DNA of 56,920 nucleotides, the filler included, from Sphacelaria rigidula (taxonomy: Eukaryota): assembly GCA_964200075.2 (NCBI GenBank). It is 3 parts of 3 records of this genome, joined end to end, with 100 filler letters (N's around TTAATTAATTAA, not from the genome) between each part and the next. Parts side by side here need not be neighbours in the genome. Positions count along the whole stretch, not along the records: positions 1 to 18,910 come from CAXNAA020000766.1; 2 more parts are not named here. One strand, 5' to 3'. A model generated the notes under the pieces. It saw only the letters and a program-made list of their open reading frames with translations, searched no databases and had not been told where the DNA came from. A program made the translations under genes and the position numbers. Position 1 is the first letter of the stretch. Each line of letters starts with the position of its first letter. Positions 1 to 11,916 of this stretch are shown in pieces.

Positions 1-915
1 TTCCGCTAACAAAACAAGAAACACATCATGGCAAGAGGGTGGTGGTGTCGGTTCCCTGCCACTGTAGTGTATCTATCCCTCTGTTCAATTCGTGATCTAT
101 GCTGCAGGGTTGAGTTGGTATCTGCGAATGAACCATCTGGGTTTTGCACAGTTTTGTGAAAGGGTAGTATCTGACATGGTTGTCTGCAACATGGGAGTTA
201 CGTGCCCCTTGGTTCGTTTCTGCCGCTTGTTTCCAAACCGAAAAAGCTACCGTAAAAAGCTCTTCTGTTTTTCAATCTACTCATCGCGCGCAAATTATTA
301 TAAAATGGTCTTGAAGCCATATGAGAACATGAATACCGTGAACGTATCACATACGAGCTAGTTACGACCAATTCGATTAGACCGCATGTTTCCGAGTCAA
401 AAATAAATTCGACCAGACCGCCTGATGACACAAAAAAAACGGGTGCGACCTGAAGCTTTTTCTCTACAGTTACACGGGTAACTGTACATATGGACATGGG
501 GGCATTTAAATCGTAAGAACACGACCTGATACACAGGAGGATGTCTTGTATCTAGATTTAGCTACATTTGTCCTTGTCGGTTAGGCGACTGTACGTCGTG
601 AGGATCCAAGAGCCAGGAACTAGACCGACGAAATCCCGTTTCAGTCCGAAAAAAAAAAAAACGCAGGTCAAAGTGTCAGCACCGGAAGTCGAAACAGAAC
701 GCTACGAAACGACATCTACAAAGGGGGGGCGACACTTCAATTCATACAGTATGTTTCGGTACCCTGTCGACCAACACAAGGAGAAATCTTGGCCGCATGC
801 CAGTTTCTGAACATTCATCAAGTTGAAAGCGGCAACTTCGTCTCTTAGTTTAGTCCTGAATAGCCATAACGACCAGACCAAGGATTTCTACATGAAACGC
901 CCGTGTGCCGCTCAC

Positions 916-1307
916 CGCCGACGAGCCCTGGAACCGGAAAGTTCTGCAAGAACGTGGCTTTGTCTATCGCGTGTCCTCGCTTGTCCCCTCTCGACAGCTC
1001 CGCCAAGTCCTTGTACGTGAGCTTGATGACGTGAAGCTCCACATCGTCGCTGAACGAACAAAACCCATGGCACGCGAAGCATCGCAGTTCATCATAGCTG
1101 GATTCACATTACCGCTTGAGGCAATGAAACAAGGGTCTCCGGGGCAACAGTCCTCGCTGCCGCGAAATATAGATCATCACCATCACATAATGTTCCCCCG
1201 TCGGACAGCTCACCTCATGAGCTACCAAGATAATACTTTGTACTGTACTGGTCCGGATCATCAGCTAGCTCATTTGGTCCCTTTACTCATATTTGCTCCC
1301 CACAGAC
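916..1307 (-). pseudogene. 5' exons of an EF-hand protein gene (N-terminus resembling CDPK7-type kinases or USP32-type proteases); first exon degenerate, gene runs off the left edge
   Basis: Exon 1049-916 is bounded by ttcAG and GTGAGC and reads DDVELHVIKLTYKDLAELSRGDKRGHAIDKATFLQNFPVPGLVG, matching the IDKxTFLQxFPxPGxxGERLF motif that precedes EF-hands. Upstream exon 1307-1214 (ccAG..GTGAGC) splices in phase (ATG AG|C) but has frameshifts around GANMSK..ELADDPDQYSTKYYLG. Confidence 0.6.
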
Positions 1308-2859
1308 CTGGATGCCGACCACGCGGAGTGGCGCAAAAGTAGCCCTCTGGCTTTTCGAACCCCGCTGTCACGTATTTAGTGTTGCTGACCCAGATATCTG
1401 TGAGGCCTCTTTGACTCAGGTCGCTCATGACCTGTCAGACATGTGGAACGTTCCTTGCTACCGTACAACCGTCACGGAGTGCACCGGGCGGTCCGGTCGA
1501 TCATTCCAACGTTCCCATCCTTTTGCACTCATGCCTTCATGCTCAACATGGCGGGGATAGACTGATACAAGAATCAGCATAGATGAGCTCTCGCTCAGCC
1601 CTTGCTCGACTGTCCTGAAATTTGGTGTGCGCGTTGCTGACATCAAGACGTGAACCAAAGTACACGACAGTCCTGTCCCACTTCTTGACCCAATTGGTTA
1701 CGTATGTCCGGCGCAAACGGGACGGACACAATACGATGAAACCCACGATCACACTTGAGCTTGGTTCCGTGCACCCAGATAGACAATCGCTGCGTGCTGT
1801 CATCGTCCATCCACGTACTTCCATAATCTCACACGATCCTCGTACACGGGATACCATCTGACAGTGGTACCCGTTGGTGGCTAATTTAGTATACAAGTAT
1901 ATTTTTAGTACCCACATCTCTGCTCGATTAAGCTGAAACTACGGGGAGGGGACGGGGGGGGAAGGGTAATCATGATCATGCATGCCGTAGCCGTATGACC
2001 CTTGACCTCGCATCCCTTCAAAGCCAGGACGGAGCATGCCGTTTTTTCACCGTAACAGGCTTGCCATCAATCATCGAGCGCGAAATACTGCGATGTGTTC
2101 GGCGAGTCAAATGAAGGGTGAGCCAAATCTGGCCAAGCCTGTTCGGCCCGAAGCCTGTGCTGATCATCTTACATTTGAATGACAGCCTCCAGTTTGTCAC
2201 TTCGATTTCTAGTATCACCACTTCCGATGACGGCCCATCACGTACACACTGGTCATTGGTGTCCCACTATCAAACACCGCGTTATATGGTCATTCCGTTG
2301 CGCATGATTGAGGTTTTTCCACCCCACACGACATGATCTAGCTCGATCACCATCACGGTCACCGCAAAAAACGCAAGCGCACAAAAAAACGGTAACCTCG
2401 TTGCCTTGCTTATGCAGTGAGGGGCGTGGTTTAATGCACGTTGCCAACCGACGCCCACGCGATAAGGGGTCCGTCCCTACAAAGTCGGGACGGAGCAGGC
2501 CAGGTTTTGACCGAAACAGGTTAAAAAAAGGGGAGGAGGGAGGGTGGCGCTAATATCACGACATCCAGGGTACGCGTTTCGCTCTGCAGTGTGTCGCCAT
2601 TAGACAGTCGCGGACAAAACAAATGATGAGGGTAAGATGATCGACCCTTAGACACCAAGCGCCGCCTCGGAACAGTTTCATAGTCTGACAGTCCGGATAC
2701 ATCTGGGGGTTTCCAGGGGGCGGAGGGGGGGGCGGGTGTCTGACAGAGCACCCGGAAAGGTCACCAAGTCAGTCATGTGTGTTAGGGAATGTTCCCGCGG
2801 AAGATTCCAAGCCAGGAACGAGGTCTGAGGGGCACGGAGCGACCGCTCTGACCAATCAC

Positions 2860-2923
2860 GGCTGTTAAAATGGTCACTGTTCCCCTACAGGTTGTTAAAA
2901 TGGTCACTTTGTTCCCCTACAGG
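2860..2923. repeat. ~30-bp tandem duplication
   Basis: g(c/t)tgttaaaatggtcact(tt)gttcccctacagg occurs twice in tandem. Confidence 0.85.
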
Positions 2924-3660
2924 TGGACTACAAGTGGACTACTTCGCCATCCAGCGGTTCTTCTCGTTGTCATGGCAATCTGATCATGGATCACATAGGC
3001 ACAAGTAATGTGGTTTCTACTGTGCGTGCGGTCTATGCCGCTTGCCTGTCTGATCCCTCATGTGTTGCCAGTATAGCAGTGCATTGTCTTGCTGTATACA
3101 GCGAAGACATGCAGTACACATACTGACTCTACACGCAACAGGCTGCGCACGGTCAAAACTGGGTAGAGTTTCTACGGGACCATCTCTCCTGTAGCTGTCG
3201 AATAAATATCCACATATTTATGAAAGGGCGTTTTGTCAAGCGAGAAAAAAGCTGTCCTGAACCCCCCGAATATGGCATAGTCCATCTCAGCCCACCGGCG
3301 TGGGGGTCGCTGTCTACGGGCTAGTGCATGGAATTTTCAGGTCCTCGGGATGAAACACTCATCTTAAATATTTCGGTCAAGGTTCGAAAGTTGGGCCATC
3401 TATTCGTGGGGGTGTGGATATTCTGCCGGGGGGGATGTTTGTTCCGATGATCCAATCGACCCGCACAGCATGTCGTTTGCTCCCCTCCCCAACGTCAAAT
3501 AGTTCATTATCCCCTGCGGACATACATACAAATGAAAGCGCTGCCTGTCCTCGTTGACCAGATGGCTGGATACTGAATACCACTGTCCTGTCCTGTGCTT
3601 TTACCTGGACCATTGAAGCAGCGGTCCCTCTTCTTTCGGGGCATGAAACATTACTTTCAG

Positions 3661-3986
3661 GTCGCACTCGTGGCTTACTTGAAAACCTAAAAACTTCCTG
3701 ACGATCGGGCCATGGGTTCGAACCTCGGTGGAGTCACACAATCTGGGATTTTTCTCACACAATACCCGACAGTGGAGAGCGAGTAAGTCGTGGGTACACA
3801 AAAATCCACTTCACGGTAGAAACTGAGGCAAGCACCGCAGAGGACGATAGAGTGCTGGAGCCAACGAAGAAAAAACTCTCGTGTTGCCTCCCTTTCGTGT
3901 GACCCCCCCCTGATGCGCGCCCACCAAGACTGAAAGGTGTAGACTAGCGTCCAGCGGAGATGGGATGACAACACACGCGAACACAT
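3661..3986 (+). mobile_element. tRNA-derived SINE, family A (diverged copy)
   Basis: B-box GGTTCGAACC near 3715. The body aligns with the reverse-strand copies at 18040-18240 and 29625-29968. Confidence 0.65.
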
Positions 3987-5839
3987 TAAACCATGTGTAT
4001 ACGACGATGTCTAGTCCGATTCAAGTTTCATGGTTATCCGTGCACCAAACCAGCTGAACTCACAAACCTCAAATCTTGCTATGCTCTGGTCCTCCGCACT
4101 TCCTGGTATTTCCATACCACCGTGCCATACCCAACACAATCATAGCCCCCGAATCTACTGCACACAGACGAGACCATCGGGGTTTGGCCATTTTGCCACC
4201 TTCTACGGGGATGTTGATATTTCTGTTGGCAATTTCTTTTCGAGAATATCCGATCCGCCCACATGACAATATTTTTGTCCTTTCATGATGCTGTACCATG
4301 GCTAAGATTCTCGCAGCCGAAAACCTCCCACAAACAGCGACGTCGTGTTCTGTGCTTTGTACCATGACACTGAAGCAGCACATGAAGACTTGGGAGATGT
4401 AGTGGATCATTATGCTGGGCCCCGTAACGATCGAGGTCGCAATCTTACACTACTCGTGCCCGGACCGGATACGAGCTGAGCCTGCCAAGCGCAGGTGTGA
4501 ATCTCTTTCAGGCGACGCACGGCGTGATATTAGGAGTTGGACGCTGAAATTTCAACAGCAGCTTTTAATCATCAAAAACCCATAGGACCACGTGAGCAGC
4601 AAAAAAATTAGGTAGAAAAATCAGAAAGTTATGGGGATTCGAAATATCAGCGAAAACAGGATGATGACAGAAGCCCAGGAGAAAAAATGAGAATCTGCAG
4701 CTGATCGTGATGTATCATTTCCTTGGGTACGGAAGGTCTTCCTGAAATTTTAGCTCAAGACTCCGCGAATTGGGCCGTGCGTGGAACATTGTGCGTGACG
4801 CTGCTACACTCCTATAATTCAAGTGATTGGAGACTCTGACTATGGAGGTCAGGAGTTCGAATCCCCAAAGATTCTCTTTTTTTCCGTTCGTGGTTGAGGT
4901 TATATATTATACAGTACATTTTTCAACTTTTTTTTCACTCAGCGGTGATGCCGTGTGTCATCAGGTTGGTCTGCACTTCACAGTCATATGCTTACATGGG
5001 GTTTATTCAGGAAACTGGGGAAGCTGTGGTGTGGGCAAATGTGAGCGGCTTCCAAGTTGGCCCAGCTCGTACGATTTTTCTGAAAATAACATCTAACCAC
5101 GTAGCACAAGATGTAAAAACTTGCCCTCCGTCATCGCCGGGATCGGCATGACGGTCTCCGGTCCACGCCAAGTGCGAAAACTTCGTCTGATACTCCAATG
5201 AGTGGGTCGGTACGTCATTCAAGAGAGCTGCCTCTACATCTAAATGTCGGCAGTTGTCCGTTGTGAGGATGCTACGGCCAAGGCAGAGGGGCATAAAACC
5301 CAAAGTAAACACAATAAACATCACAATGTGGGCCGGCCAATTGGATTATTGCCAGAAATCTAAACGTTGAAAAAAAAAATCCGTAGAAGAGTTGTTCATG
5401 GAACCTAAAAATTGAGAAGAGAAGCTCGTTGGCCATCTCGAGGCCATTGGTGGAGGTCTACTCTTTTTTCACATGGAAGCGGATTTTTATTGTGAGAATG
5501 AAGCGAACAGACTGGACACTTTGACTGCTAGAGTAGGTCATCTGGATCACGCAGTAGTTTTTCAAGTGAATATGATGCCGTTCCAGCAGATGACCAAACC
5601 TTGACGGTTGAAGGGTCATAACTCCGGAGCGACAGGGAAAAAATCAACGCCCATGGATTTCAAATGATCGATACGGTCCTAAGGAGGAAGACCTGTCACA
5701 ACCCTTTTAATTCATCCTTCGTGCAATTCTTCGACAAAAATAAAATGTGGCCACCGGAGGAATCGCCGGAGGCATTCATCATGATGGGCGGGAGGACCAC
5801 CGCGTACCTTTTGTAATACCCACCTCATCGCCGTTTGAA

Positions 5840-5939
5840 CCCTTACGCCGCGACATTAGGTCAGCTGCTGGATCGACATCAATTTCACTTGAAAAAAGTA
5901 TTGCGATCCAGATAGACTGCCCGCATCGCGGTCGAAGGG
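5840..5939. mobile_element. ~100-bp piggyBac-like MITE
   Basis: Termini CCCTT..CCGCG / CGCGGTCGAAGGG, TTAA-like flanks and a core shared with about 10 other copies in the window. Confidence 0.65.
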
Positions 5940-6063
5940 TTGAAGATCTATACCCAAAAAAAGTAGTTGGGGAACAAATACGACAATGCACAAGGTTTAT
6001 CGGATGTTGGAATCTTTCATCACCACCTCAAGGTTTGATTGAGACTGGAGTTCTTTGTTGAGA

Positions 6064-6537
6064 CGCTCCTTACAACAGGCAGAAATAAAAATCTGGGAAA
6101 GTGCCCTTTTGGAGCTTTCACGTCGTTTCACGCCCCAAAAGAGAGCTAGGTGGAGTGTGACACCTTGGGATAACTTGCTTTACTAGTTGAGACGGTTCCA
6201 GGACATCTCCCCCTTTTTTCCGGTGGCCGCAGTTTTCATTTTGGCCAAACAAGAACTTTTGTCGGAGAACGGTCGAGAACAGTCAAGTCAAAAGAAAAGT
6301 GGCGATTTCTTTTGGATTTGACTGTTTTCTACTCTCCTTGGACAAAAATTCTTATTTGGGCAAAACAAAAACTCCAGCCACCGCAAAACGGGAAGATGTC
6401 CTGGAATCGTCTGGGCTAGAAAAGCGAGTCATTTCAAGGTGTCAAACTCCTCCTGGATCTCTTTTGGGGCGTAAAACGACGTGGAAGCTCCAAAAGGGCA
6501 CTTCTCCAGATTTTTATTTCTTCTGTTAAAAGGAGCG
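6064..6537. mobile_element. ~474-bp fold-back (whole-length inverted repeat), probable MITE
   Basis: cgctcct..agaaataaaaatctgg..gtgcccttttggagc pairs with gctccaaaagggcac..ccagatttttatttct..aggagcg. Complementarity continues to a centre near 6300. Confidence 0.8.
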
Positions 6538-7354
6538 GCCTTAGGCCGTGTACTAGGCAGTTGGTTTTTGCTGCCGAAAATGACCTTTCTTCGACCGATC
6601 TTTTATCAGCTCTCAAATGTGTTGTTCCGCTTTTTGTGTTGATTTTTTTTCATTCGTGCGTGTTCTATATTTTCGAGAGGGGTTCCAAGAGACTTGTGAA
6701 GGCGTTAAGCGGGATAAGTCATTTGAGAACGCGCGTGCAGTACAAGGAGTACGTAAATATTGTTCAGCCAGAACAGTCAGTACAGGCAGCACAGGATATG
6801 TGCTAATCGTGGCGGCGCAGCAGTGCCGTTGAGGTATTCAGAATATGACAAGTAATATAGGGCGGTGCAACAGTAATACAAGAACGCAGCGTAGAGCAAC
6901 ACACACGAAAAAAACGGAACAGTTCAGCGTAGTAGTGCAGGATACAACGTGTGTGTGACAAAGAAAAATCAAAGATTCGGTAAAATCGTACTCCAGAAGT
7001 CAAATTTCAAAATTAGACCAAGCCCGTATCATATGACCGGATCCTTCGAGGGTCAGTCAACCCTTTCGGGGCCGGATCCCCAGAACATGGTGTTTGCACG
7101 CAGGTATCCTTTTTGTTACTCGTAATCGATGTTATTTTCAGTTGTTTTCAAAGTAAAGATGATGCCGATTCGCAAAAAAGCCCTCTGGTGCGAACACCAT
7201 GTTTTTAGGAGTCGGGTCCCAAAAGGGGTCAAGGCGCGGAATCAATCAAAATCGGTCAATTTCACCGCAAATTACTCATCACATTTCCGCCAGGATGAAA
7301 ACCGGACAATCGGAAGTTAGTTCCAGAAAATTGAAGATCGTAAATGAGGCATTA

Positions 7355-7456
7355 CCCTTGAACCGTGGTGCGGGTAGTCCATCTGGATCACACATACTTT
7401 GTTCAAATGCATGTTGATGCCGATTCAGCGAATGACCTACCATCGCGGCCAAGGGG
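7355..7456. mobile_element. ~100-bp piggyBac-like MITE
   Basis: CCCTTG..gatgccgattca..cgcggccaaGGGG followed by TTAA. Confidence 0.65.
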
Positions 7457-9117
7457 TTAAACATGGGGCAATTCGGACCGCGAAACAACTGTTTTTTTTG
7501 TCGAAATCCATGAAGGGCCATTTTTCACGTCAAAAATCAGATGCATGAGAAAAGCCCTCGTCACCTAAAACTTTGAGGAAGGGCCAAGCATCGACCATTC
7601 GAAAGCCGAAAGGATCCATGACTCGTGCGGCTTTATTCTTTTCCTTTACTTGATGTTCCGAAAAGCGAATCGTTGTTTCCGCGGTTCAGTCAAACGGACC
7701 TCATTCTCACCACACTCCTTCCCCACCCCCACAAAATGGCATTGGTGACAGCCTCGGCTCTCAGCCTATCGATGCGCAGAATGCGCACCTCTTCCAGGGA
7801 GAGCAATCGTGGAGGACACATGTAGCTCCCAAAAGTAGGAACACAAGTAATTCCCAAAAGTAGGGCCGACACATTTGTTTTCATTTAGATGTGCCGTCGG
7901 AGTGTCTTCATCTTTTCATCATGATGGTTTGGTGTGACTCATGGCATCTGATTAGCCTAAACAATGGCGTATAGATAGTTCACCGGTTATCGGTTTGATG
8001 CGTCTGCTTCCAAATTGCTGCACTTCATTTGTGAGTCCGCATACGTGAACTCTGGGTCGGTTTTGAACAAATTCAACCGTTCGAGCGCCAGCGAGTGGAT
8101 ACCCGGGCTAACTGATAAATTCTCGGGTCAACATGACGGCGACTGGGACACACCCTAAAGGTCCACGGGTTGAGCCCCCTCTCCACTGGACACGTGGACC
8201 ACGCAAAAGCGTATACTGATATAAAACAAGCTCGACTATACAACATAGGTGCATTTCGTGCTGGCAACCACGCGAAGTTAATGGGAGATAGTGCTCCAAG
8301 TGAGATACTCGATTGTACGAGTAAAGGGTCGGGGTTACTGCCGTGGGCGGCTGGCCTTTACTGTTTCGAAAAGAGATTTGGCGCACAAACACAAGAACTG
8401 GGAATCCAACCGACAGAGACAGCACATGACGTATGGTAAGTACTGTCTGTCCTGAGGCGGAGGTCGCATAAAAATTTCGGTAGAAACTTTCAAGTGAGAG
8501 ATGGTCAGAAAATGCATATTCGCCTTCGAAAGTGTGTGGAAAACAAAACGTATGTGTCTTATACGTGCGGATATGAGGACCCTGTGAGTGCTGGGTGCTG
8601 TATTATCGGGTCCACCTGTACAAACTCTGGACTCTGGAACTCTGTAAACACGCAAGTTTGAGACCCGAGGAACATCCGGAGCATACCAGCCTAAGAATTA
8701 TTCTAGAACCTTCCTTGACGTGCTGTGGCAACCAGGCCTGCTGATCCCTCCTTTTTTCTGGCCCATGCGGTACGGTTGTGGAACCAGGGCGACGATGTAC
8801 GGGACGTACAAATACGATCGAGCTACAGGGGACGGGTGGTCTCAATAACTATAGTGCGTACTTCAGACACCATCTCTCAGAAGGCGCTGGAATAGAAGGA
8901 CGAGAGGACCACACAAAAACAAATACGGAAATGAATGTGGCGGGCGACTATTGAATCTGATTGAATAGAAGAGTTTCGCGCGAATGCCCTAGCCTCTCAG
9001 CTCTTCAAAACACCGACTTGAAGAAAACCCGTCACGTTTTCGTAACTTTGATGTTCATGAAATCCAGAGCAATGCAGCACACGGAGTCAGGCAGTTTCAA
9101 TGATGGACAACGCAGCG

Positions 9118-9154
<37 letters not shown>
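9118..9154. repeat. (TTGA)n microsatellite
   Basis: About 9 perfect TTGA units. Confidence 0.95.
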
Positions 9155-9155
<1 letters not shown>

Positions 9156-10379
9156 TATCTTTGCTCGTACACCGCGCAATACTCTGATCGGTCGAACGAA
9201 GGGCTGTCGTCGCACCTCTGAACCGCTGGCCCGTACCAACCTGTGCTGATTTTCATGCTCTGTACTGCGTAAACAAGTTGTAACTGGTAGAACAAACCTG
9301 CAAGCAGAAGGACGGTAGTGAGGGTACTAGCTGGTCGGGCGATCACTTTTGAGGGAGATGCCTGGACCCACTGCACCTCATGCCCGTACACTGATCTCCT
9401 ACAACTCCTCAAATGTTGACCACGATAAAATTACACTTGTGCTAGAGTCGATGGCCACAGTCGTTGTTACAAACAGGCGTTCGGAGACATCAACCAAAAG
9501 CCTGCAATGATGTTTGGGTATTGAAACACACGACACATCTCCAACGTGACGCAGAACGCAAAAGGTAGACAGAGGTGGCTCCCAGCTCGCTCTATCGAGT
9601 GGTTGATGTAGATATGGTACAAAGTGACGAGACCTCCAGTTGTAATATCTGCATGAACTGTACTGTACACCGGGGGGTGCGAGTGAGAACGAAATTGAAA
9701 TCGACGACAGTCGGTTAATACGGTAAGAATACTCACTCTCTTTTCATGTATGAAATTCTTCCAAGAATGAAGACAACTGCATCGGGGGCAGTTTAACTGT
9801 CTTCCTGGTGTGCGTACAACTGGTGCAACGCCCTGCTGTGCAACGACGCTGTCATTTTTCGCGGACGGAGAACAGTGTTGACGTACAAAACGAGGCCAAT
9901 CGAGGACCCCCGCGTCTCAATACTTTTTCCTCCGTTGGATCAGACATGATGCACTGCTGTATTTTGTCGCGGAGTTGGACCATGCGCATCCCTGGCGTTT
10001 TCTTCGCCATCCAGACGCTTAAACGCACTGTCTGTTGGGCGCATGAACATTTTCGCGAATGCCGACGCAACGCCTCCACAATGTGGGCATGACTGCTGTA
10101 GGTGGGAACGGATTTCTATTCCAGGGAAAGTAACCCAAGCGCAAGGGGCCTTCTCGAGGTTAGACTAATGCTTTATATAACGGCCAACAAGTTACTCACA
10201 CTCTCTTTGCGATTGTTTTCTAGTGTCATGGAAAAATAAAAGGTAACACCCCCAAAGCCAGAGGCGGATGACACTGGCAACGGGCCATTCAAGGCAGGGG
10301 GGGCTTCCTTTTTCTCCACTTCATTGGGCACTTTTCTGCTACTGTTATTGATTTGGTCTCTCGGCACTGAGGCTCTGCG

Positions 10380-11765
10380 TACATCATCGCACAACATTAC
10401 AACTCCCGAAATAGACGGACCCCGTAAGATGTTGCCCACATGAGGGCTGCACCCAACGAAGCTTTTGTCACTACAGAAAACTTCGAACAAAGGTGACTCA
10501 AAAAAAGATGTCTGAAGCGATCATGATGTATGCTATGGTGGACTTGTTTTCAAATGAACACGAAGGCTGCGCAGGCTTACCTACAATACTTGACGGAACA
10601 AGCACTTTAGCATTAGGACCAAGAGGTGAGAGGGGCGGAAAACCCAAAATATTTTTATAAAAACAGCACAATTTCGATCTGTTGTACATCAGTATTGGAC
10701 GGCAACTGATTGTGCGATGTCTGCACAAGACTGGAGTGTCTCTTTGTAACAAAAAAGAGAAATGAAACGGAAACCAAACGAACCACAGTGCGCAGAAAAA
10801 AACGCGCGCGTAACTCACCACATAGTCAATGGTCATCAAAGGAAAGCAGTAGGTATTACTGCAGGTCCTGCACGAGAAAAACCCCGCCCCACCTCCTACG
10901 TCGTACTTGGATATACGCACGAAGCTCATGCTACGGATGCTACAAGCATTATCTGCATACCTCATTGAATAGCCGGAAATATGTGGGGTAGACACAAACT
11001 CAGCTTACAGCTCGAGAATAATAAACATACCTCTTGGATAGATGAGAAAAATCAACAACAGTATAGTAAGCATCTTCGTTACTTACAACATTGCGCCAGC
11101 TGTGCGCCCCAGCTTGGTTGACGCCCTGGGCGTTTTACTCCCCACGCCTCCCATGGTTCTCACAAATCACAGCCACACACCACCGGTTGCTGAGACACAC
11201 ACACAACAAGCGGTAGGATGTACACCACGCCCTCCTCGCTCCGTGCTGCCCTTAGTCCATGCAGCAACGCCCTACCGTACCAGGCACAAACCTTGAACCC
11301 TACGCCCTCCTCGGCGGGACGGACAGGTGCGTTCTTCTCGAGGGGCCCGACACGGCCTGTATTTTGTTGTGGATTGTTTGATATGCTGAGGAGCCTCACG
11401 ACGCTCTTCGCCAAGACAGCAGTCCTATCAATAAGGTCACGGACAGCAACGCTCCGCAGCGATGCGAGCTCGGATAAAGCAGTCTATTCTGTCCGAGTGA
11501 GGGTACGCTGATTATCGCTCACACATGGAGATGGTGAAATGTTCGTTGCACCTTTTTAATTCTCCATTGGTACCGTCTTGCCACAACACTTTCGAGGTTT
11601 CTGACCCGCAGTCGAGAACGGGAGCAGGACGGGATTGAAAAAACAGGAGTGCTCTTTATTCTCCTCCCGAAATCATTCCAAGGCACAGTGAAAGCTGATG
11701 ATGACATAGAATTTATACAAGTTATGATTATCAAACTAATATATGAGCAATACCTCCCTCACCAT
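10380..11765 (-). pseudogene. Degenerate five-exon gene for a plastid-targeted protein, PAP/fibrillin-like
   Basis: ATG at 11765 is followed by a signal-peptide-like MVREVLLI/ISLIIITCINSMSSSA-FTVP with one frameshift. Segments 11765-11292, 11189-11087, 10952-10819, 10720-10581 and 10511-~10380 are bounded by canonical GT/AG. Motifs LEKNAPVRPAEE..GGVWL and FEVFCSDK resemble fibrillin motifs. Several stops and frameshifts; the 3' end is uncertain. Confidence 0.45.
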
Positions 11766-11916
11766 AATATTACTATTGTGGTAGACGGTACGTATACTCA
11801 CACATAGATTGGATCATGACAAAGGGGATGTTTCAAGATCATTCCAGCCATATCCGAGGCCAGGCACAACGCAGCTTGCAGTACAGCACGCAATACCTGA
11901 CTAGCACGAAGCTACT

